64,000 nt of DNA. Source: Felis catus. Its lineage: Eukaryota. Shown in pieces: positions 42,656 through 54,588 of the stretch. The notes beneath the pieces were generated by a model. That model did no database searches, was not told where the DNA came from, and was given only the letters and a program-made list of their open reading frames with translations. Where the stretch lies: positions 114,082,001 through 114,146,000 of the forward strand of contig NC_058368.1 of NCBI RefSeq assembly GCF_018350175.1, in the 5' to 3' direction. Made by a program: the position numbers and the translations under genes. Positions within the stretch are counted from its first letter, which is position 1; every line of letters begins with the position of its first letter.

Positions 42656-42878
42656 GGGGTGCCTGGGTGGCTCAGTCGGTTAGGCATCCGACTTCGGCTC
42701 AGGTTATGATCTCACGGTCCGTGAGTTCAAGCCCTGTGTCAAACTCTGTGCTGACAGCTCAGAGCCTAGAGCCTGTTTCAGATTCTGTGTCTCCCTCTCT
42801 GACCCTCCCCCGTTCATGCTGTCTCTCCCTGTCTCAAAAACAAATAAATATTTTAAAAAATTAAAAAATTAAAAAAAA
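42656..42878 (+). mobile_element. Can-SINE (SINEC_Fc type)
   Basis: TSD aaaaataaaaacaggt. Confidence 0.93.
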
Positions 42879-43246
42879 TAAAAACAGGTAATTTCTTTTT
42901 TTTTTCTTTCTGAAAAGCAAGACAGAAAGAACAAAAAATGGAGAGACAGAACCAAGCATGAAGGTAGTATGGTAAAGCATAAAGACATCTGGAAAAATAA
43001 AAACGCACTATTGCTAGAAAATGGTCTAGATAAACGGGAAGAAATGAGGTCCGTTGGTACAGCCCCCTATGTACTACAACTTTCTTAAGAACTTTCCAAA
43101 CCGTCATCAAAATACTCAGTGTCAAACACCATCTTTTCTTAAAACCTGAGTCTGTTCACAAGCCAAATCTATTCATTTCTGCAGGGCACCCATGGGCCAC
43201 AGACAAGAGGAACTCTGCCATTGCTCAAAAACTGGTAGAAATCAGT

Positions 43247-43423
43247 GGCACCTGGGTGGCTCAGTCAGTTAAGCATCCAATTCTTGGTTTTGATTCAGAT
43301 CATGATTTCACAGGTTTGAGCCCCACATTGGGCTCTGTGCCAACCTCAAGAAGCCTGCTTGGGATTCTCCCTCTCTCTCTGCCCCTCCCCTGCTCTCTCT
43401 CTCTCAAACTAAATAAATAAACT
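43247..43423 (+). mobile_element. Can-SINE
   Basis: ggcacctgggtggctcagtcagttaagcatcc. Confidence 0.88.
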
Positions 43424-46400
43424 TCTTGAAAAAGTGACAGAAATCATCACACATAGACACAACTGACAACTCCTTTTCTAACTGAACTCAGGTACTTCTT
43501 TCCTCAACTACTACTTCTTCCTCCTCTTGCTCTGTTAGGTATAATGTGAAAACAAACAGTGTCTTCGCGGAATCTGGTGCTTTGTGGACAATGCAAATTA
43601 ATGAGCTTTCTGTAAATATACGTTACTTAGTATGGGACTTGTTATCAAGCAAGAGATAAACATTTAAGATAAACACTAAATCATAAAATAGGCAAACAAA
43701 AAACATATTGAAACAGCACAATAAACTTCTCCATCAAGTCAAATAAGTAACACTTAAGAAGGCACCAACTTTAGCTTAGTATGTGAATTTTCACTAAGTT
43801 TTCTCACTACAATGTGACATTTTAAGACACTGAAATATATGTTGCTAATCTGTCTTATATCACTTCTCTTTCCCCAATTTTTGCCTAATGTAGCTACTAT
43901 CAGATTCTTCAGTTGTTCACTTTTAAATAGCTCAAATGGTCTATTTTTCAGACCACTGCACCTATATTATATCCATGAAGCTAGTATAACTCTGCAGACA
44001 TCCTAGCTATTCATGCAATGTTATAAGGGCATCAGCATTGTTCATTTGTATGATCTCTATGTATCTTGTCATCTTTCCAGGGTAAGACTGCCAAGTCTTG
44101 GACTCTTCATTTGGTGGAGTCTAATTCTGTTCTCTCTACAAAGAGCTAGGGTTACACTCAGCAAAGGTTACCATTTACGTGAGCCATGAAGCCTGCTAGC
44201 ATAACTCATCATGAAAGTAAAATCCCTAGTTATTTTTTCTCTCAAGGACATCCCGAGTGCTACCTAAAATCAAGAAGGAACTCTTCAGGACAAGTTGTGT
44301 GTAGGGCCCACACATATTTAGAATCCACATTTTCACTGTGATACTCTGGAGTGTGGCATTATTTCATAGCAGTCAAGCAAAGGGTTGCTTTTTTTCCCTT
44401 TGAAAACCTCCTTTTCTAATCCCTAGAGGAAAATACATGAGAATTGAATTCAAAGACTACAGTAGCTTTAGCCACAGAACTCAATATTTTAAAATGAGCT
44501 TTCATTTTAAAATTCTTCCTTTTCTAGAAATAGAGGAGGTAGTGTTCTCACATTCAGTTTTGTTTCATCACTTAACCAAATGAGTTCTGAAAGGTTTGCT
44601 TTCATAAATAAGTAACACTTTTAACCATTTAAGTAATTTCTAAAACTCAGCTCATCTTTCAGACCTCTGGGTTCTGGAGTAGCCTAAATGCCACCACTTC
44701 TGCTTTTAGGTCCAGTGTGCATCTTTCTTTCTCTTATCCTCTGATAGAATTTCATCTGCTCAGGTAATTACAGAAATCAGAGATTTTAAAGCATAATCAG
44801 GCCCTGAGAATTTAAAAATACTTAAAAAGAGCTAAGAGACCTAGAAGAAATTTCAGGGACCATCTCACTTCTCACTTCTCATTAGATATGAGAAAACTGA
44901 GACCCCAAAGGGTCTTGCCCAAGGTCATATAACTAATTGACTGATCTAGAATCAAAATCTAGATTTTCTCAATCCTGAATTAGCACTCTCTCTCTCCCAA
45001 ATTACCTGGTCTCTCTATATTTTCATCCTTTTCGATATGATCTTCAGACACAGATTGTTTAATTCATGCTAACCCAAAGTAAGATGCAGGGTACTTCTTG
45101 GTTCCGTTAGTTATCACCATCTCCTTTCATTGGCTGGAAGATCAGAGACAGGAGAGAAAGTCCTGCCAGGCCTCCTCACTCCATGGATTAAGTGACAGCA
45201 TGGGCTGTCTGGTGCCTTGCCCAGGAAGTCTGATTGTTCCTGCTTAGAACAGGAAGTATCTGGAATGTTAGGAGGCACAGTATCACCTTCCCTTTATAAG
45301 GACTGGATTTTCTGTTTTTTGTTCTCATTTGCCTAGGGACATCAGACAATTTCAAGCTGGGCAAAAACCTAAATCTCATCCACCACCAAGACTATTCTGT
45401 TGATGTTTTCTAGCTTCTCCTATGAGACATGCCAAGGGGCTTAGAGGAAACTCTAGCCTCTTGAACCAACTGACCTTATATTTATTTATAAGGCATGTTT
45501 CTTCCAAGAAGTTCCAAAAGTTTCATACACACTCTCTCACTTGATCCTTCCCTTCCCAAGAGGGGAAGCATTTCATTTTTATCTTCCTGCCACAGCCACA
45601 GTGTCCCTGATGTATACACAATTTCTCTCCAGGGTCTAACACTCAAAGGTTAGAGTCTCTAGAAGCCACACATTCTCAGCTGAAGTATCAGCCAACTGCA
45701 CTATTCTAGGCACTAGGGTGCCTAGTGTTCACCAGAGTGAACAGCTCCATGACTTCATGGAGCTTACATACAAAGTCAAAAGGCTGTTTCATTACCCACT
45801 GAATTCAGAACCATAAATACAATGGATCCTGATAAAAGAAAAACAATCACTACAGTCTCAACTACTGAGAGGAATATCCACAGTTTTACATTTATCTGGT
45901 AATACAGAATCTATTTGCTAGGGGTGTATATGGATTGCACTAGAAGACAGGAGATTTGTATTCTAATCCTGACTCCTGTACCAACAAATTGCATGACCTT
46001 GAGCAAATAATGTAACCTCTCTGGCCCTTAATTTTATTTTTTGAAGACGATAGGCAAGATTTCCCATGTCTTTCTTGATCTTCAATGACTGGTGATGGGT
46101 TAACTCCACCTAGGATGGCTGGTATGGTATGAAGATTGACTGCCAACATCAGAAGAGAAGGAATCTACTTCAGTCGTTCTTATTTGTAGGATGGGGTTGA
46201 AGGCAAAAGCGCAAACACTGCACACCTTCTAAGATTATTAATAGCATCTCCCTATGCATTAATCTATGAAATCAATCAGTGCCACACCTACTCTCTGTTC
46301 AACACTGGGATAGATACTTTGAGGATGGGAGACATTTGAAAAGATCTTTAATGTTAAGGAGCTTCCAAATGAAAGTACGCAATAGTAAATAACTCAAAAC

Positions 46401-46519
46401 AAAAGTGTATGAAAGAGGTTTTTAAGTTCACAAGAGAAGGAAATCAAAGAGAGCTAAATTAGAAACCCCTGAGGAAAGGTGGAACTTTACCTGTATCTAT
46501 ACATAACAACCACTATCAC

Positions 46520-46740
46520 AACAATAATGGCAGCTAACATTTATTGAGTGCTTGATACGTGGTACATGTATGCATTAAGTACTTCTGTGGGCTATCTCAT
46601 TTAATCCTCAAAACAACCCCAGAAATAAATGCTATTTTTGTGCCTATTTTACAGAATGGGAAACATGACACTTAGAGAGAAGCCTAATATACTTGATAAA
46701 TAGTAAATCCAGGCAATGTGATCCCATAGTGTTCCTCACC
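46520..46740 (-). mobile_element. MIR
   Basis: gctaacatttattgagtgctt...atctcatttaatcctcaaaacaacccc...attttacaga. Confidence 0.72.
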
Positions 46741-47100
46741 ATTGAATGGCTATGGAATGCTTTCTCCACAAGTGACATAAAGAGATAAGCACAGTATGTG
46801 GCAGCTTAATGTTCCCTATATTATTTGTTTTCTTTTTCTACCCACCCCCCACAAGTATTCACCCCACCACTACACATTCCCATCCGAACTCACATACCTA
46901 CACACTTCATATTTTCCAATTTTAACATCCTTCTAAGTTCTGTTGAAGGTCGACTCTGGGAATGAAGTTTTCTCACAACAGTCAAGCTTGGTCATAGTAC
47001 ATATTTCTAACAGCCTATTGGGTGACTGGTTCTGTGCTATTCTGCGAGGTCACTGGCAGTATTTAATGTCTATGACATTAACACTTTTGATGTCTTACAG

Positions 47101-47184
47101 CACTGTTAAGGTAATTTCTATATTTCTATTATATATCTTCTGCACTGTTAAGGTAGTTTCTATATCATTATTATACATCTTCTG
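47101..47184. repeat. 42-bp tandem duplication (2 diverged copies)
   Basis: cactgttaaggta(a/g)tttctatat...tcttctg at 47101-47142 and 47143-47184. Confidence 0.9.
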
Positions 47185-47802
47185 CATGACTGATCTTTTC
47201 ATACAGTTTCATTGTGACAGCTAACTCTAAATTCCTTTGTGTTGTTCCTGGGGTCTTAGCATAGAAGACATCAGAAAGTATTCAAAAGTTCAAAAGCTGA
47301 GGTGTTTCAAGTGGCCCCGCCCCAGACTGCACAGAATTCTCAACACAGCCAAAGGGCAAGCAGGCCCAAGCCTGGGCACTCTGACAAGTCACCCACCAGA
47401 ATGACAGAAGGCCAGTCAACAAACACAACTCTGGCATGACTAAGAGGAAGGGGGTCGGGAGTCTCAGTTCCCTTTCTTCAGTGTTCAATGTTACTAAAGA
47501 AAATAAAGACTCAGCACAATGTGGTTCCCAGTCAAAAAAGCAAAAAGCTGACGTGTTTGTGAAGTTTTCATTCATTAGAAAAATGATCCAAGTCAAATAA
47601 ATACAGGCAACACTTCGAGGTTTGAATCTACCCTGTTTAGAGAGTCTTCAGGTACAGACTCTGTGACCAATTTTGGACATAAAGGTAATCTACACATGTT
47701 TGCAATTCCTTTAGCACATGTACTCTCACAGAACTGAACCTATCTTCTTCTGAACTACTAAATTATAATTCTACCTGTTCTTTCAAAATAAAAAAAAAAA
47801 CT

Positions 47803-48058
47803 GGGGCACCTGGGTGGCTCAGTCAGTTAAGCATCTGACTCTTGATTTTGGCTCAGGTCATGAATTCACAGTTAGTGAGTTTGAGCCCTGCATCAGGGTC
47901 TGCGTTGACAGTGCTGATTCTGCTTGGGATTCTCTCTCCCCTCCCTACCCGCCACTCTCCAACCCCGCCCCCCACTCTGCCCCTCCTCTGCTCTCTTTCA
48001 GAAATAAATAAACATTTAAAAAATAAAAGAAAAAACCAACAATCCTTAAAAAAAAAAA
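47803..48058 (+). mobile_element. Can-SINE
   Basis: ggggcacctgggtggctcag head. Confidence 0.9.
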
Positions 48059-48361
48059 GGCAACTCCAGTTCAAAGATTTTTTTTAATCTTTTACTTTAT
48101 AAAATAAGTCAGTCACTTAACTAACTGAGTCACGCAGGCGCCCCTAGTAAATACTTTACATCACCAAAATTTTAGTTATAAAACTTCAAGATGATAAGGG
48201 AATTTTTAAAGACTGAAAAAGCCACTAAGAATTATGAGATTATGTATTAAGGTTAAAAGGACATTAATCTTATTCTAATGGATGGCATCAAACACTGTAT
48301 GTAGAAGATTTTTTTTAAGTGGGAACTAATTTTTTTTTTTCATTAAAGTTCTATAGTATAC

Positions 48362-48562
48362 GGGTGCCTGGGAGGCTCAGTCAGTTAAGTGTCCAACTTT
48401 GGCTCAGGTCATAATCTCACAGCTCGTGAGTTTGAGCCCTGAGTCAGGCTCTGTGCTGACAGCTCAGAGCCTACAGCCTGCTTCAGATTCTGTCTCCCTC
48501 TCTCTCTGCCCCTCCCCCGCTCACACTCTGTCTCTAAATAAACATTAAAAAATTTTTTAAAA
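48362..48562 (+). mobile_element. Can-SINE
   Basis: gggtgcctgggaggctcag head. Confidence 0.9.
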
Positions 48563-49405
48563 AAGCACTGAAGTATAAAGTGACCTTAGAGCCTGGGTTT
48601 TCTGGAATAGTTACACTTTCAAATATTCTACTTCCAAAAGCGAATGGCTTTCTGAAAATCGTATTATTTTGTTATTCAGGCTAGTCTGTATAATCTCTTC
48701 CATCTCTTCTATCTGAAAATAAAATAAAAGTTCTTTGTGGGATCATGTGATCTACATGTTGGTTTGGGTAAATAAATCATCATAGACATAGCAGGGGAAA
48801 AAATATCAGGTTACAAATTTAAGAGATCCTGACTCTAATGTCTATTGAATTACTGCCTATGAAATGACCACTAGACTTTCAAATAGCTAACACAGAGGAA
48901 ATATAATCAATACTAAGACTTGCAGTACCTGTGAAGAAAACCAAAGTACTAGCACAGAAGCCTGATTGTTCTTAATACTAAGAACTGAGATATATTTCTC
49001 TATTAAGTACCTACTCATAGAGATAATATGAACATTGACAACATCCTTCAACACAGCAATGTGCTTCAATGGATTTCTTATTATAATAAATATGCTGAAG
49101 ACTTTCGACCAAAACACAAATTCACAGACACCAACATCTGCCCTCTGAAATGTTGTTTTTGGGAAGTGACTCAGTACCTCTTCTGGATGCCAACTGCTAT
49201 AGCTCTGTAAAGGTAAATGTCTGGATTTTTTAAACTGAAAGTATTAAAGTAGTTCCATCCTTAGTCAAGAATTCAGATGTTCTGGATTGACCTACTGCCT
49301 GTAAACTAATTTGCTGGTTCTGGCGTGAATACAATATAGTTGAATTAAATTTTATTAAATTCCAGTGAGATCCAGACAGAATTTCTTTTTTCTCTTTCTT
49401 ACAAG

Positions 49406-49468
49406 GGAAGAGGGAAGAAAACGTTTCTTTCTGTGATTGTGCATGGAATATGCTACAGAAATGTCAGA
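49406..49468 (+). CDS. MYOT: Candidate upstream exon A of long MYOT isoform (possible start ATG 49443: MEYATEMSE)
   Basis: Long polypyrimidine tract + AAG acceptor (49404-05); donor GTAAGT at 49469; ends in phase 2, matching exon B. In that frame a TGA lies just upstream of ATG 49443. An alternative donor at 49473 gives a 67-nt fully open exon. Confidence 0.5.
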
Positions 49469-49544
49469 GTAAGTAAAGAATGTGAATGTGCATTTTTGTT
49501 GCAATAAAAATATAGAGGAAATTCTACTTTAAAAAAATACACCA

Positions 49545-49790
49545 GGGTCACCTGGGTGGCTCAGTTGGTTAAGCATCTGACTTCACGTCAGGTCATGAGC
49601 TCTCAGTTCATGGGTTCGAGCCCTGAAGCAGGTTTTCTGCTGACAGCCCAGAGCCTGGAGCCTGTTGCAGATTCTGTGTCTCCCTCTCTCTCTCTCTGTC
49701 ACTCCCCCACTTAAGCTTTGTCGCTTTGTCTCTCTCTCTCTCTCTCTCTCTCAAAAATAAATAAACCATTTTTAAAAAATTTTAAAAATA
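49545..49790 (+). mobile_element. Can-SINE (intronic)
   Basis: gggtcacctgggtggctcagttgg. Confidence 0.9.
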
Positions 49791-50118
49791 AATCAACACA
49801 CCAAAAAAACTCCTAAACTTTCCCAAACTTTAATGTTATTATTTGCTTTATAAATTATATCTTCCACATAATTTAAGTGTTCAGTAACAGCTCACTGATT
49901 ATCAGACTAAGACAAAGGAAATTTAAAGCAGAACTATTAAGAGCCATAATCTACTAATTGATCAAAGAGAAAAAAGCTAAAATTATAATGCAAATCAAAA
50001 ACAAAAGGATTATAAGTGAAAATGTGATACATTCAAATGAATACAGTGAAGCATTTCTATCAAAGCTGCCTCTAATATTTCTTTCACTGGACTGTGTTTG
50101 GTTTTGTTTCTACAACAG

Positions 50119-50236
50119 GATAAAGAAGAAAACCACTAGAGTTTCTTTGACCATCAGTTCCCTGGTTAATGAAACCTCCAACATCAGATCAAGTTATTCT
50201 ACCTTAGTTCAACCACTGTATATTGACCCCCAAAGG
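50119..50236 (+). CDS. MYOT: Upstream exon B of long MYOT isoform (palladin-like pre-Ig linker)
   Basis: ttttgtttctacaacAG / GTATGT; phase 2 to 0; IKKKTTRVSLTISSLVNETSNIRSSYSTLVQPLYIDPQR resembles palladin QKKTTSVSLTIGSS...VIQPLSVPVQQ (recalled). Confidence 0.82.
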
Positions 50237-50939
50237 GTATGTTCAGTTTTAAAAGCCTTCTGAGGGGTCCCAATAATGGAGACACAGGCCCAGAGAAAAA
50301 GAAATTAATGCAACTTTCTTAAAAAGTATACATGAGGGGAACCTTCAGCTGCATGACCTCAAAAAAGAACAAGAAAGAAATCCACGGGTCTCAGAAATAA
50401 CTCCATGGTAGTTCTGTGGGTCAGCCATTTGTTTATGTCCCAGATCATAAGAGACAGTTGGTTTCTAGGAGCTCAGTCCCATAAAAGAGTATTCCAACTA
50501 TCCATGGAATGAATTCCCTTTTAATTAAAAGAAGAGGGGAGGGGGGCAGGGAGATGCTTTTACAAAGGCCTAAAAGAGAAGACAAGAGCAACTGTATAGA
50601 GGAGAAAAAAAAAGGTAGTCAGTAAAACTTACAAGTTATTTATGCCTTTTATATACAGTCTCTACATAATTGCCAAAACTCATTTCCCAAATGTAATTGC
50701 CTAGTGTTACATTTCACCATCTCAGCTGATGGAAAGCTGCAGGAAAGGGAAAAAAAGGTGGCACAGGAACAGATATCTCAAATAACATTTAAATTAGAAG
50801 CTTTATCCTTTTCAAAGAGGAAATCTGGGGTGTGGTGGTAGCAGCTAAAATTGATTCAGTCAGTCCATGGCCACCATGTACCTAAGTTTCAGGACCTTGA
50901 CAGAATGGATGACACTGTCTCTTCTATTTCTTAAACCAG

Positions 50940-51002
50940 ATGCTGAGTCCCTGCAGCAACCTGTCCAGATCCACCTGTGTTGTAGCCCCTGTGTTCACCA
51001 AG
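50940..51002 (+). CDS. MYOT: Upstream exon C (linker + first strand of Ig domain)
   Basis: cttctatttcttaaaccAG / AAG-GTAATT; phase 0 to 0; MLSPCSNLSRSTCVVAPVFTK, ending in the PVFTK Ig A-strand of palladin/myopalladin. Confidence 0.85.
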
Positions 51003-51623
51003 GTAATTTATCCATACTGCATGAAGTTAAGATTTTATAGATAAATTGTAGATGTTATCAAAGCGGTAAGAAGAAGGAAAAGGGAAAACTAAGAAGAACC
51101 TCAGAAATAATTGTTTTATGATGCTAAAAGTGAGTACCAGAAGGGGAGAAATTACTGTTCAATGTCACAGGGCATTACTCAGGGATAAACTCAGGGTTTA
51201 TCCTATACTCTTTAGACTTTTGGTCTAGGTCAATCTCCAGCTCTGGAGGGCAATTCTTGGATTCCACTCTCCAAGTAGACTATTCTCTACCTGACCTCAT
51301 GGTTTATCCAATTCTCCGAACCAGCAATAAGATGCCCATTTGAAGAAGTCAATAAGCAAAGTAATGTCTATTTCCTGCTTGGCGAACAGTGAGAGATCAG
51401 GATTAAGAAGGCTCCTGTATCATCTATGGAAAAAGCAGGATTCAATCAATGAGGCCAACCCAAAGTAAGGTGAAACCTCTGGGCTCACTGTGCCCCAGTT
51501 TCCAAAACTGACAGAAATGGAACCACTGCTTCTTGCTGGCTGTAATGAGAAGCAGGGCAGACTTAACGTGTACCAAATACAGGAAGGAAGCCATAGGAAA
51601 CAATGTCATTAAGAATAAGGAGC

Positions 51624-51822
51624 GGGATGCCTGGGTGGCTCAGGGAGTTAAATATCTGACTCTTAATTTCAGCTCAGGTCATGATCTCACAATCATGAGA
51701 TGGACAAGGTGGAGACTGGGATCTCTATCGCCCTCTCTCTCTGCCCCTCCCTTGCTCATAGGCATTTGTGTGCTCTCTCTTTCTCTTTCTCTCAAAAGAA
51801 ATAAATAAATTTTTTTAAAAAA
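51624..51822 (+). mobile_element. Can-SINE (intronic)
   Basis: gggatgcctgggtggctcag head. Confidence 0.88.
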
Positions 51823-52326
51823 GAAGAAGAAGGAGTATTACTCTAGATTCTGGAAGCTTGCTTGCAGCAGAGGCTGTCCACAATATGTGTTTATTATTTC
51901 TACAAGTTTCCTACTACATTCCTTCCCTGTGATAATGCAGCCCTGGTCATCAGGCCTCAAGGGCTGTGCTCGTGGTCAGTGTGTCTCACCTGATAGGACT
52001 TCAGATACTCCCTCTCTAGAGTTATAATCTGAAATGTAATTCTAGATTCTAGAGGATTCTGGAGCTGAAAACAGGAGAGGAAGGGAATCGAGATTTAAGG
52101 TGGATATTTACACAAATGCCACCCATTCATGCATGCACTGTGAGATCAAACCACCTATTTTTATATACTTTTTATATAACAGTATAACTCTTCACTCTTT
52201 AAGGAAGGTTTTCAGATTATTTATCTTAAATGAGCCTCAAAACCTTAACCAAGGCTGAGCATTTTGCTAGCCTTATTTCACAGATAAAGAAGCTAAATTC
52301 CACAGAGATTAAGAGTTTCCAACTTC

Positions 52327-52550
52327 TGGGGCTCCTGGGTGGCTCAGTCAGTTTAAGCATCTAACCTAGGCTCAAGTCATGATCTCACAATTCATGGGTT
52401 CAATCCCGACGTTGGGTTCTGTCCTGAGAGCTCAGAGCCTGAAGCCTGCTTTGGATTCTGTGTCTCCCTCTCTCTCTGCCCCCCCCCCCCCCCCGCACCA
52501 CCCAGTCTCTGTTTTTCTCTTTCTCTAAAAATAAACAAACATTTAAAAAA
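52327..52550 (+). mobile_element. Can-SINE (intronic)
   Basis: ggggctcctgggtggctcag; poly-C run. Confidence 0.9.
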
Positions 52551-52583
52551 AATTTTGTTTTAAATAGCTCCCAAGTTTTTCAA

Positions 52584-52695
52584 GGGTGCCTGGCTGGCTC
52601 TGTCAGAGCATGCAACTCTTGGTCTCGCAGTTATTAATTTGAACCCCATGTTGAGTAAAGAGATTACTTAAAAATAAAATCTTAAAAAAAAAAAA
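52584..52695 (+). mobile_element. Short Can-SINE
   Basis: gggtgcctggctggctc...gagattacttaaaaataaaatctt. Confidence 0.82.
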
Positions 52696-53172
52696 GTTTC
52701 CAAGTTCCTATGATCAGCATCAACCAGCTAGTGGAAGAGTTGAGATTTTGGTCCAAGTCCTCTAACTCATGATTCAGAACCCTTAACAAATTACAAATAC
52801 TGCCCACGCTACATGACCGGTAATAAAGATTAAATCTATGACTATATATGAACTCAACAAAATAATACAACAAAGGGAAGAGTTTCCAACTAATTGGTTC
52901 CCTATTTTGAAAATTTAGATCTATTTTGAAAAATAGATCTTGGGGAAGTGAAAAACAACTTTCTCTATGATATTAAGGTAAAAATAACTTCTATGTGACT
53001 GTCAAGCACGCTATAAAGCACAAAGCGTCCCACCAACTACTTGTTTTGCTTAAAGGACAGTCAGATGTCAATAACTATGACAAAAAGCATACTTACCACA
53101 GTAGGCATCCTAAATCATTGCATATGGTGAAAGAGTTTCTTCCATTCTGTGAATTCTATGTTTCTTCTTCAG

Positions 53173-53314
53173 CATCTTCAAGACATCTCTACAACCAGTG
53201 GTCAGTCTGTCACATTTGAATGCCACGTCCAGGCAATAACCACAGTTCAAATTCACTGGCACAGAGAGAAAAAGGAGATAGCAGACTCTGAGGACTTCCA
53301 GATTCTGAGGAGAA
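53173..53314 (+). CDS. MYOT: Upstream exon D (Ig I-set strands A'-D)
   Basis: tttcttcttcAG / GTATTG; phase 0 to 1; HLQDISTTSGQSVTFECHVQAITTVQIHWHREKKEIADSEDFQILRR with B-strand Cys and C-strand Trp. Confidence 0.88.
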
Positions 53315-53729
53315 GTATTGTCACAATCTTTTTGATTTGCTTTTTATTTCAATTAACCTTGAAATCTAATTCATGTTGTAAAGTTTAATAGCTGATCTGT
53401 TACAGGCTCAAAAATTTCTATTGTTAAACAATTATTATTTCAAATCCAAGTGATTCTTCAACAAACAACCAAAAAAGAAAAGATAGCAGGGTTTTTTGTT
53501 GTTTGTTTGTTTTATGTGTGTGTGTGACACAACAGTTTTAATGGCTGTGAAAAGACTGGTTTATTTTCACAAATTAACTATTAGTTCTTGACATACAAAT
53601 AGCAAAAAAATATGAGAACATATTTTTTAAGAGTAAAACAAATTAATAATGATGCATAGCTTCCTAAACATGTTTTTTTTTAAGTTTCTTACCAAATAAT
53701 TAATTTAGGGAAGAGTAACAAGTATGATG

Positions 53730-53950
53730 ATCTATCTCATGCTAAACACTGAGTTTATACTTTATAAGCAATCTTTCATTTAATCCTCACATCAAAATTT
53801 TGAAGGATGCATTACCTACATTTTATAAGAAAAGTGAAATTCAGAAACACTAAATGAGCCTCAAAACCTCAGCCAAGGCTGAGCATTTTGCTAGCCTTTC
53901 CCAAGGTTACAAAGCTAATCAATGCTGCAAGTCAGGGTTCAAGCCCAAAA
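53730..53950 (-). mobile_element. MIR remnant carrying a 48-bp templated insertion
   Basis: tcatttaatcctcac...cccaaggttacaaagctaat...cagggttcaagccca. Confidence 0.6.
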
Positions 53951-54564
53951 CAGTTCTTGCACCAAGTGAAGAAAATATATTCATTTAAATATTAATTCAG
54001 AACTGAACATTTGTACATCACATTCAGGAAGGAAAATCTCAAATTATACAATCTCAAATTATACAATTTGATACTAGCATAAAGAAAAAATTTTAAATTA
54101 CCCATATTCTCATCACCCAGAGAAAACTATTAATCTTTGTTATTTTTCTACAATACTACTACAGTATGTTTATAATGGAATATGCATTGTAATTAATGAG
54201 ATTAAAAGAAAGAAGTTTTCTTGAGAAAAAGAGACTACCAGAGGATTAATGGTTCAGTAATGGTTCCCAATCAGAGAATGGGATAGAAACAAAGAATTAA
54301 GGCCCAGAGAAGTAATTTTCACCTAATCACAAAGCAATTCAATGGTAGAACAGGACAAAAACACAGTTCTTCTACTACCCTGCCAAGTATTCATTCCAAT
54401 ATGTACCTTTTCTGGGTTTCCACAGAATTTATAGCCTGTGACTCCAGATTACAGTCAACCTTCCATTTGCTTTATTCAAGTTATTTCTCATATAACATGG
54501 CCCCTTCTCCCAACTAAGTTAACCATCATGTAAATTCTCTTTACTCTCGTGTTTTATCTTTCAG

Positions 54565-54588
54565 AAGCTTGTTTATCGTCTATTCCTG
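54565..54588 (+). CDS. MYOT: Upstream exon E, 24-nt microexon in the Ig D-E loop
   Basis: gttttatctttcAG / CTG-GTAAGC; phase 1 to 1; (K)ACLSSIP(E). Confidence 0.75.

Noticed and set aside
47101..47184. 42-bp repeat as a CRISPR-like or regulatory array
   Set aside because: Two adjacent copies without spacers in mammalian DNA; simple tandem duplication
48100..48144. Isolated reverse SINE head
   Set aside because: About 40-bp remnant, too short to interpret
54035..54064. 15-bp tandem duplication aatctcaaattatac x2
   Set aside because: Ordinary intronic slippage duplication
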